From positions 1-48,247 of the forward strand of contig JBPOGH010000026.1 in NCBI GenBank assembly GCA_051252135.1: a stretch of DNA of 48,247 nt, given 5' to 3'. This document shows, one piece after another, positions 40,885 to 48,247 of this stretch. Every line of letters begins with the position of its first letter. Positions within the stretch are counted from its first letter, which is position 1. This stretch comes from Verrucomicrobiaceae bacterium. Its GTDB lineage: Bacteria > Verrucomicrobiota > Verrucomicrobiia > Verrucomicrobiales > Akkermansiaceae. Position numbers and translations under genes: made by a program. A model generated the notes under the pieces. The model had not been told where the DNA came from. It searched no databases and worked only from the letters and a program-made list of their open reading frames with translations.

Positions 40885-41898
40885 GTGACACGCTCGCTCT
40901 TCCTGAAGCTCCTCTCGCTCGCGGGTGCCCTCGTCCCGCTTCTCCCCTGCGGCTCCGCCGCTAAAACCGGCATCCTCTACACCACCGAATTCGAGAACTT
41001 CTGCGTCGGCCCCGATTTCTGGGTCGGCTTCGAGGACTGGGTCGGCAACAGCACCGGCGTCGGCGCCCACGGCATCGATAACGACCAATCCGCCGGCTTC
41101 GGAAAAACCGCCTTCCTCGGCTTCCAGCAACCCGCCTCCCGACTCGTCACCGTCGCCCACCCCGTAAATAACGACCCTCAAAACGGCGGCTCAACCCTCA
41201 TCGAAATCGAAACCCTCATCGGACTCGAGGACTCCAAAAACGACCACTACGACAACTTCTTCCTCTCCTTCTACAACTCCGATGGCAACTTCCTCGCCGC
41301 CCTCCAGTTCAGCAACGAGCGCGGCACCAGCCTCGGCATCTGGCGCGATGACGGCACCACCCTCCACGATACCGGAGTCGATTTCGTCCACGGCCAACTC
41401 TACCGCTTCGTCCTCTCCATCGACCTCGCCCAAAACACCTGGTCCGCCTCCCTCTACATCAGCCCCACCGAGGGCGCCCCCCTCTTCACCGACGCCCCCT
41501 TCACCGCCACCGCACACTCCCTCTCCCTCGGCTCCCTCGCCTACGAGTGGTTCATCACCTCGCCCACCACCAACCCTGTCGGCCTCTACACCGAAGCCGG
41601 AGACAACTGGATGCTCGTCGCCGACTGCACCGTCTGGGCCATCCCTCCCGCCCTCGAACCCCTCGTCCTCACCCCGCCCTCCTTCAACCCCGGCCGCAGC
41701 CCCTCCTTCACCTTCACCGGAGAACCCGGCTGGACCTACCAAATCGAATACGCCGACGAACTCAGCCAGTGGAAAAACGACCTCCCCGGCTCCACCTTCG
41801 TCGTCACCGGAGCCTCCCAATCCCTCTCCTTCGACGACCCCACCCCCACCCCTCCCTCCTTCCGCTACTACCGCCTCACCCGAGAAGTCACGCCCTGA
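40885..41898 (+). CDS. Secreted beta-sandwich-like hypothetical protein with C-terminal sorting-like domain
   Basis: GTG start, signal peptide; ends FTGEPGWTYQIEYADELSQW...FRYYRL. Confidence 0.82.
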   Translation: MTRSLFLKLLSLAGALVPLLPCGSAAKTGILYTTEFENFCVGPDFWVGFEDWVGNSTGVGAHGIDNDQSAGFGKTAFLGFQQPASRLVTVAHPVNNDPQNGGSTLIEIETLIGLEDSKNDHYDNFFLSFYNSDGNFLAALQFSNERGTSLGIWRDDGTTLHDTGVDFVHGQLYRFVLSIDLAQNTWSASLYISPTEGAPLFTDAPFTATAHSLSLGSLAYEWFITSPTTNPVGLYTEAGDNWMLVADCTVWAIPPALEPLVLTPPSFNPGRSPSFTFTGEPGWTYQIEYADELSQWKNDLPGSTFVVTGASQSLSFDDPTPTPPSFRYYRLTREVTP

Positions 41899-42066
41899 TC
41901 CGCCTCATCCCATCAACTCACAGGCGACCGATCAGGTCTCTCAATCAACGCGCCAGCGTGAGCCAACAGCCAAAAGCCAACCGCTAATCGCCGGGTCGAA
42001 CCTTCAAAACAGCTCGCTCATCCCCCAACTTGATCACTCTAAAAAAAAACCTGTTAGAGAAAAATC

Positions 42067-42091
42067 GTAACGCAACGCCTCCCCACCCGTC
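42067..42091 (+). promoter_or_regulatory. ECF-type promoter GTAAC-N16-CGTC, copy 3
   Basis: GTAAC gcaacgcctccccacc CGTC. Confidence 0.78.
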
Positions 42092-42146
42092 TTCATCAAA
42101 CAGAGGCAGGATTCCATCTCCTCCTCTTCACTCAAACCATCCCTTG

Positions 42147-45100
42147 ATGATGAAGACCATGAACTCCTACCTTAAAAAAGCCGCCCTCTTCCTGGCTCCG
42201 GTCATCGCCGCCTGCTCCCTCGGCCACGCCCAGAACCAACCCGGACTCGATCCCATCGAGATCAGCCCCCTCGACCCTCCCTGCCCCAATCTCCTCGCCC
42301 GGGATATCGAAGAACCAACAGACTCCCACCTCGTTCGCCTCGTCTTCCCCACCTGGCCGGTCATCGATGTCGCCTCACTCTCCGATGGCGACCTCACCGC
42401 CACCGGGCCAAATGGCGAACCCATCCGCGGCCAACTCATCGACTTCGTCCACGAGGAAATCCCCTTCCCCCAAACCCTCTCCGCCCTCCCACGTGAAGCC
42501 GGCGACATCATCCTCCTCCCGCAGGCCGCCCCCCTCCTCGTCGCCACCTACCAATTCGATGGCCCGGGTGACAACGCCTGGGACGCAGCCGACAACGGCA
42601 TCTACCGCGTCGCTCTCGCCGAAAACGAAATCCTCACCGTCGAAGGCCGCCCCCTCCCGCACAAAACCCTCGGCGGATTCCGCTGCGTGATCGAGGACAC
42701 CCCCGGCGATCTCATCCAACCGCACAGCGTCGACATCAACTTCCGCCGCCTCGCCGGAAACGACGCCACCTCTCCCCTCGAACAAGTCACCCAATACTTC
42801 GCCGAGGTCACCATGACCTTCTCGACCCCGCACGTCCGCATCGCTTGGTCCGAAGCCCAACCCACCGGCACCGGCTTCCTCGCTCCCATCACCGCCGTCA
42901 AACTCCCCCTCCCCGAGCCCCTCCCCGTCCCGCTCCCATCAGCCGATGAGGTCGCCAGCTCGAACAGAAACGGCACCGATGCCACCAACGCCGACCAACT
43001 CCGCGTCCTCCCCACCTTCACCCACACCTACCGCCTCGGCGCCCTCAACCCCGGCACTTATCCCTTCAACGTCGTCGTCAATGACATCCGCGAAGGCCAA
43101 AAGGATCTCGTCATCCCTTCCGACCCACCAGTCGATACCGACCCGCCCGAAGCCTCTCTCGCCGTCCGCAATATCACCCAACCCAAGGACACTCCACATC
43201 TCCTCGTCGTCACTTACAAGGACGCCCACGCCATTGATCTCACCACCCTGGGCGATGGCGACCTCGCCGTCCTCAACCCCTGCGTCTTCCTGCACGAGAC
43301 CGGAGTCCCCGCCGACCCCGCCCTCTGCAACTGGCAGGCCCAGCGCGCCCGCCTTCTCGAAGTCGTCCCTCTCGCCGATGACTCCACCAAGCTCAAAGCC
43401 GTCTACGAGATCGAACCTCCCCGCAACGGATGGACCAAAGCCCACAACGGCTTCTACCCCGTCGTCTGGCTCGGCGGCGAAGTCTGCGACCGCATCGGCA
43501 ACTGCAACACCCGCCAACGCCTCGGCGGATTCGAGGTCGCCATCGATGACTCCGAACCTCCCATCCCCGCCACCGCCGAAATCCGCGTCGACTCCTCCGA
43601 TCCCCTCAATGTCGCCGCCAAGGTGCATGTAAAATTCGGAGGATACTACGCCGTCACCAGTCAGGAAATCCGCCGCGATGGCAACCGCATCTACCTCGTC
43701 GCCACCGCCCACGAAACTCCCGTCATCGCCATCTTCCCCCCACCACCACACCCCCAGGAAGATCTCTTCTTCGATGTCGGACCCCTCCGCCAGGGAGACT
43801 ACCTCGCCGCCTTCATCATGAACGGCCACCTCTACGACCGCGAGGAATTCTCCGTCGCTCCCTCTCCTCCCATTGAGGCCGATGTCGACCTCGTCGTCGA
43901 TTCCTCCGACCCCACCGCCGTCTCGGCCACTGTCACCGTGCAGTTCCGCACTCCCCATCGTCTCGTCGCCGGAGAGGTGCGCCGCGAGGGTCACCGCCTC
44001 ATCCTTCCCGCCAAAGCCGAACCCCTTCCCGTTCCCTTTGACGCCCCCGTCAACCCACCCGTCCCCGCTCCCATCACCCTCACTTATGAGATCGGCGCCC
44101 TCCCACCCGGAGGCTACCTCGCCGCCTTCGTGATGAATGATTTCCCCTACGCAGCCGAGGACTTCCTCATCAACGATCCCGGCCCACCCATCGCCGCCAA
44201 GGCCACCATCGAGGTCGAGGAAAATGACGCCGGCGAAGCCATCGCCACCGTCGCCATCCGCTTCGAAACCCCACACCTCATCACCGCCCGTGACCTCCAC
44301 CGCCGGGGCAATCACTTCATCCTCGAAGCCACCGCGCACCCCGCCCCGGTCCTCATCACCGATGCCCTCGTCGCCTCGCCCTTCCCCACCACCGTCATCC
44401 TTCGCTACCCCCTTGGCGAACTCGACCCCGGCCAGTTCGGAGCCACCTTTGTGATGAACGGCTACCCCTACGCCCGCACCACCTGGGAAAAACCCGACCC
44501 CCATTTCCGCGCCGAGGTCTCCCTCGATGTCGTCCAATCGGATGCCGGAATCTGGGTCGCTAAAGCAAAGATCAAGTTCGCCAACCCGCAGGTCCGCATC
44601 ACCGATCCCGGCACCCTCGTGCAAAATGGCTCCATCTTCATGATCAATGCCTCCGCCGAGCTCACCATCGCCGCCGATGTCGCTCCCGAGTTCTATGAGT
44701 TCGACTACGAGCTCGGCGACCTCGACCCCGGCCCCTACTGGCTCAAGTTCTTCATCAACGGCCACGTTGAAAAACAACGCGACTTCTACGTCCAGCCCAT
44801 CCCGGCCCGTGTCGATCTCGCCGTCCACGCAGCCGAACAACCGGTCACTGCCACCGCCACCATTCAGTTCCGCGATCACTACCGCATCACCGATCAGAAT
44901 GTCATCCGCTTTGGCCGCTACCTCATCATGACCGCCGAGGCCGAGGGACCCCTCCCCATCCTCGCCCCCCTGCCACCCGCACCCATCGTGCTCGACTACA
45001 CCCTCGGGGAACTCGAAAAAGGATCCTACCTCGCCGTCTTCGTCATCAACGGCCACCCCTACGAGGTCACCCCCTTCCGCGTCCACCAGGGACCCTTCGA

Positions 45101-46841
45101 AGCACGTGTCGATCTCGCCGTCGACGTCTCGCCCGATGGCACCACCCTCAAGGCCACCGTCGAGATCGATGACCCCTACGTCATCGTCACCAACCCCGGT
45201 CAACCCGTCATCGAGGGCAACCGCATCAAGATCAATGCCACCGCCGAGCGCGTGACCTTCATCACCGAACCCTCCGGCGACCCCCAGTGTCTCGACTACG
45301 ACCTCGGCCAGCTCCCACCCGGAACTTACCACCTCTCGTATTGCCTCAATGAAAAGCCGGAGGCCGAAACCCGCTTCCACGTCCCCGTCATTTGCGACCC
45401 GCTCCCCCACGTCGTCAACATCCGTATCCTTGAAGCGCCCATCGAGAGCACCAATGAAATCGCCCACTGGCTCTCCAAGGTCACCCTCGCCCTCCTCCCC
45501 GGCCAGCATGTCACCGATTGGGGAGTCGTCCGTCGCGATGGCGAGGTCTTCCACGTCAACATCACCGTGGAATGCCGCCCCTACCCCACCGACCCCATCC
45601 CCGTCGATCCCGTCCTCCACGATGATCCCGATCTCCTCGGAGTGATCAACGCCGCCGATGGCATCCCCCACATTGGAGGAGCACCCGTCCGCCTCGTCTC
45701 ACACACCTACCGCCTCGGACCCCTCGGGGAAGGACACTACGGCTTCTGCCTCCACTCCCGCGGACAAACCCTCGCTTGCGAACGCTTCCTCGTCGGAGGA
45801 GCACCACCCCGCGTCGAGCTCTCCGTTGGAAACATCACCGAAGAACAACCCGAGCATCGCTTCGGCATCAGCTTCTCCGATCCCTCCGGACTCGATCACG
45901 ACGCCATCCAATCCGCCAAGGTCTGGATCACCGGACCCGATCACTACCGCGAGGAAGCCACCCTCCAAAGCTACGCCTCCACCGATGACGTCCCCAGCAC
46001 CGGAGCAAGCGCCCGCTACGCCGTCCATGGACCCGAAGGATCGTGGGACCGCCCCGATAACGGCCGCTACCGCGTCTTCATCGAGGCTGAAAAAGTGCGC
46101 GACCTCGATGGCAACGCCCTCACCGAACCCCTCCTCGGTCACTTCAAGGTCAACATCGCGCCACCCCCACCCGCACCCGGCGTCAATGTCAGCCTCGCCA
46201 TGTCGGCCACCGGCGACTGGGAAGCCACCGTCGAGATCATCTCGGCCCCCGGACAACAAGTCGTCGTCGATAGCTGGGGCCCCCTCGTCAGCCACGGACA
46301 AACCTTCGTCGTCCTCGCCGATGTCCACCGTGAACCCACCAACGGACCCGTCGAACCCCTGAGCCACACCTACAACCTCGGCCAGCTCCTCCCCGGCGAC
46401 TACCTCTTCGTCTGGAAGTCCGATGAAGCCGATTGCGGACTTGGAAACTTCACCGTCCCCGGTGTCGAACCACCCGCCATCGACCGCTTCCTCGCCAACA
46501 ACCGCCTCCCCGCAGGCAGCATCCAAAATGGCACCGCCCGTTACTTCTTCGGACTCAACCAACACCGCACACAGCCCGAAATGAGAGCCGAAGTCATCCG
46601 CGATGAACAAGGCGGCCGCCACCTCGGCATCCGCTACCGCCGCCTCACCGGAGCCGATGTCGAACAACAAATCCAAGCCTCAAATGATCTCACCGACTGG
46701 CAAAACGTCAGCGACCAGGTCGACATCGTCGAACGCACCCTCGACGTCGATGGCACTGAGGAAGTCCTCGTCTGCCTGAGATCAAAAATCGGAGAAGGCC
46801 CCTTCCGCTACCTCCGCATCCACCTCACTCCCGTCGAGTAA
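42147..46841 (+). CDS. Giant secreted protein with two types of Ig-like repeats
   Basis: Signal peptide after MMKTMNS; nine YxLGxLxxGxY-type repeats and three WxxxDNGxY-type repeats; C-terminal QASNDLTDW...FRYLRI. ORF opens at 42030. Confidence 0.88.
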   Translation: MMKTMNSYLKKAALFLAPVIAACSLGHAQNQPGLDPIEISPLDPPCPNLLARDIEEPTDSHLVRLVFPTWPVIDVASLSDGDLTATGPNGEPIRGQLIDFVHEEIPFPQTLSALPREAGDIILLPQAAPLLVATYQFDGPGDNAWDAADNGIYRVALAENEILTVEGRPLPHKTLGGFRCVIEDTPGDLIQPHSVDINFRRLAGNDATSPLEQVTQYFAEVTMTFSTPHVRIAWSEAQPTGTGFLAPITAVKLPLPEPLPVPLPSADEVASSNRNGTDATNADQLRVLPTFTHTYRLGALNPGTYPFNVVVNDIREGQKDLVIPSDPPVDTDPPEASLAVRNITQPKDTPHLLVVTYKDAHAIDLTTLGDGDLAVLNPCVFLHETGVPADPALCNWQAQRARLLEVVPLADDSTKLKAVYEIEPPRNGWTKAHNGFYPVVWLGGEVCDRIGNCNTRQRLGGFEVAIDDSEPPIPATAEIRVDSSDPLNVAAKVHVKFGGYYAVTSQEIRRDGNRIYLVATAHETPVIAIFPPPPHPQEDLFFDVGPLRQGDYLAAFIMNGHLYDREEFSVAPSPPIEADVDLVVDSSDPTAVSATVTVQFRTPHRLVAGEVRREGHRLILPAKAEPLPVPFDAPVNPPVPAPITLTYEIGALPPGGYLAAFVMNDFPYAAEDFLINDPGPPIAAKATIEVEENDAGEAIATVAIRFETPHLITARDLHRRGNHFILEATAHPAPVLITDALVASPFPTTVILRYPLGELDPGQFGATFVMNGYPYARTTWEKPDPHFRAEVSLDVVQSDAGIWVAKAKIKFANPQVRITDPGTLVQNGSIFMINASAELTIAADVAPEFYEFDYELGDLDPGPYWLKFFINGHVEKQRDFYVQPIPARVDLAVHAAEQPVTATATIQFRDHYRITDQNVIRFGRYLIMTAEAEGPLPILAPLPPAPIVLDYTLGELEKGSYLAVFVINGHPYEVTPFRVHQGPFEARVDLAVDVSPDGTTLKATVEIDDPYVIVTNPGQPVIEGNRIKINATAERVTFITEPSGDPQCLDYDLGQLPPGTYHLSYCLNEKPEAETRFHVPVICDPLPHVVNIRILEAPIESTNEIAHWLSKVTLALLPGQHVTDWGVVRRDGEVFHVNITVECRPYPTDPIPVDPVLHDDPDLLGVINAADGIPHIGGAPVRLVSHTYRLGPLGEGHYGFCLHSRGQTLACERFLVGGAPPRVELSVGNITEEQPEHRFGISFSDPSGLDHDAIQSAKVWITGPDHYREEATLQSYASTDDVPSTGASARYAVHGPEGSWDRPDNGRYRVFIEAEKVRDLDGNALTEPLLGHFKVNIAPPPPAPGVNVSLAMSATGDWEATVEIISAPGQQVVVDSWGPLVSHGQTFVVLADVHREPTNGPVEPLSHTYNLGQLLPGDYLFVWKSDEADCGLGNFTVPGVEPPAIDRFLANNRLPAGSIQNGTARYFFGLNQHRTQPEMRAEVIRDEQGGRHLGIRYRRLTGADVEQQIQASNDLTDWQNVSDQVDIVERTLDVDGTEEVLVCLRSKIGEGPFRYLRIHLTPVE

Positions 46842-46863
46842 AAAATTCCGCAGACAACACCCC

Positions 46864-46901
46864 AAAGGCATCGCTTCCCCCTTCGGAAGCGGTGCCTTTT
46901 T
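46864..46901 (+). terminator. Intrinsic terminator
   Basis: AAAGGCATCGCTTCC-cccttc-GGAAGCGGTGCCTTT-TT. Confidence 0.88.
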
Positions 46902-47124
46902 CTTCCCTGACCGACCGTCCCCTAAAATTCTTCGGCCTTACGTGTGGAACACGAAAAATCGCTCCCCTCACCCCTTCGAACCATTAAGTGATTCAAAAAA
47001 TCGGGAAATCTAAACCGGTACTAACAAGGCGAAGGATCCCTTTAATAGTTTAGCCTAATGAATAAACTAATGATCAGAACAAAGTCATCACAACCAACTC
47101 ATGATGAACTCATTAACCCTCCCC

Positions 47125-47153
47125 TTCCCCTATTCGCAAGAATGTGGTAGCAT
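47125..47153 (+). promoter_or_regulatory. Possible cassette promoter (Pc-like)
   Basis: TTCCCC-N17-TAGCAT with an extended -10 (TGG-TAGCAT), ~35 nt upstream of the recombination core. Confidence 0.35.
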
Positions 47154-47176
47154 CCGGTAGTGGGAAATTCGTCCTA

Positions 47177-47196
47177 CTAATAAATACTGTTAGGGC
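47177..47196 (+). other. attI-like recombination core at the cassette 5' boundary
   Basis: CTAAT-aaatact-GTTAG(GGC); GTTAGGGC (47189-47196) is the reverse complement of GCCCTA(AC) at the cassette 3' end (48168). Confidence 0.6.
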
Positions 47197-48173
47197 AAAG
47201 AATTACAAACCATGCCAGTAGACATACAGATACCGGACGACGATCTAAAAGGATTCAGTGCCGAAGCTCAAGGGCGCAACGGCGGAATATGCAACTGATC
47301 TCATCGAGGAAGCCAATCGTATTGAGACTGGCAGGAATTCCGCTGGGGGCACACCCGAAGTCACTCGTGGAATGGTCAACGACGCCAAGGTCCTCCTGCG
47401 CCGAGGATTAGGGGTTCCAAAGAAGAGCATGGGCGTGAAGATTCTTCGTGTCATCGCAGCTGTGCTATCACTTGCGGTGGGAATCATGTATGACGAGACC
47501 AAACTACAGAGCGGTGGATACATGGCTCTGTTCGTCTTAGTTGTCGCGGCCGCGATTCTGACGGTCACAATCTCAACCATAAAAGAGTAAGCGACATGGA
47601 ACGAGACGATTATTCAGAAGCACTTTACGATCTAGGTAAGCGTCGCAGGATGCGGCGAAAGCTGGATCTCCTCTTGCGCGCTTATTCACTCATGGGTCTC
47701 TTAATGGCGATTCTAGCAGGAGGATATTTCCTTGTTAGCCTATTGCCTGAGCTGACTAAGAACCAGCAGATGGCATTAATGTTTTCAGGCGTTGGAATAG
47801 CCCTTGCCCTTATGTCTAGGACTTTGCTCATCTTAAGAAGGGAGAGAGAGGCTGGAGAAGTCGAACGGATGACCGAATATGAGAGTGTCGCATCATTTTT
47901 GGATACATGGGCGCGATTCGAGCGCATCAGTAAGGAAGCCCTTTCTAAAGAGGGTGAAGAGTTCAATAGACATTCTTTGCGATCAGTCATTTCACGACTC
48001 CACGAAGACGGGAAGCTGGATAGTAGCGATGTCCTGGCATTGGAAGAAGCTCTCCAGACTCGTAATCTAATCGTTCATGGAGAGAGGCCATTTTCTACGA
48101 AAATTGCGCAGACGGTCACTGATTCATTACTCGATATCATCAAGAAGATAGCCATCTCCCAAATAGAGCCCTA
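47190..48173 (+). mobile_element. Integron-type gene cassette carrying two ORFs; attC interrupted by an intron
   Basis: Matching core (G|TTAGGGC) and inverse core (GCCCTA|) ends; ATG 23 nt after the core; last stop codon inside the inverse core; non-host composition. Confidence 0.78.
47212..47590 (+). CDS. Candidate histone-fold + 2TM protein; apparent frameshift near 47263-47272, or a shorter product from GTG 47258
   Basis: Frame from ATG 47212 reads MPVDIQIPDDDLKGFSAEAQ and stops at 47298; the next frame reads KLKGATAEYATDLIEEANRIE...EVTRGMVNDAKVLLRR then two hydrophobic helices. Confidence 0.65.
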
Positions 48174-48174
48174 A
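47596..48174 (+). CDS. 2TM protein with C-terminal HEPN-like RxxxxH motif
   Basis: TMs at about aa 25-49 and 59-80; helical C-domain FLDTWARFE...LQTRNLIVHGE. Confidence 0.8.
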   Translation: MERDDYSEALYDLGKRRRMRRKLDLLLRAYSLMGLLMAILAGGYFLVSLLPELTKNQQMALMFSGVGIALALMSRTLLILRREREAGEVERMTEYESVASFLDTWARFERISKEALSKEGEEFNRHSLRSVISRLHEDGKLDSSDVLALEEALQTRNLIVHGERPFSTKIAQTVTDSLLDIIKKIAISQIEP

Positions 48175-48247
48175 TCGGGTAGGCGGTAGTTTCTAGCTAC
48201 CGCCCCCCACACCACCGGCCATACGGGTCCGTAGCACGGCGGTTCCT
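48174..48247 (-). mobile_element. 3' end (domains V-VI) of a class C, attC-targeting group II intron; continues beyond the window
   Basis: Minus strand GAACCGCCGTGCTACGGACCCGTATGGCCGGTGGTGTGGGGGGCGGTAGCTAGAAACTACCGCCTACCCGAT: DV with CGC triad, DVI hairpin with bulged A, AT terminus. Confidence 0.92.

Noticed and set aside
42939..45671. 910-aa antisense ORF in the giant protein gene
   Set aside because: Same shadow effect; the sense frame has the signal peptide and repeats.
47073..47195. attC upstream of the cassette starting at TCAGAACAAAG
   Set aside because: No complementary L boxes or long hairpin with the sequence before GTTAGGG.

Overview
High-GC bacterial chromosome segment. Gene content (CotH/lamin-tail and LamG surface proteins, ThuA-DUF1080, GH95, sulfatases) points to a Verrucomicrobiota, probably a polysaccharide degrader; this is inference. 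The + strand is strongly C-rich whichever strand codes, so most long antisense ORFs in the track are shadows. Layout: (1) 1-3.9 kb is a recombination scar field: a REP-like tandem array, AT-rich foreign ORFs, three copies of a 15-bp tRNA-Ser-like 3' end plus terminator (att-like), a 235-bp tandem duplication, a 14-mer array, an orphan MerR-type regulator and two stranded 3' fragments of the beta-barrel gene found intact at 10882-12024. (2) 3.9-12 kb: a Cys-rich leader ORF and a MacAB/TolC-type ABC export operon with a CPTPWDVCC lipoprotein, convergent with a His-rich outer-membrane barrel. (3) 12-38 kb: surface proteins, carbohydrate enzymes, alaS and other housekeeping genes. (4) 38.4-46.9 kb: an ECF sigma/anti-sigma locus in which a GTAAC-N16-CGTC promoter recurs three times, ending in a ~1560-aa repeat surface protein. 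(5) 47.1-48.2 kb: an integron-type cassette with no adjacent integrase, encoding a candidate histone-fold+2TM protein and a 2TM+HEPN-motif protein; its attC is invaded by a class C group II intron. Best candidates for undescribed systems: the histone-fold/HEPN cassette, the ECF regulon and the Cys-rich exporter. All family calls are by eye from motifs; no searches were run.
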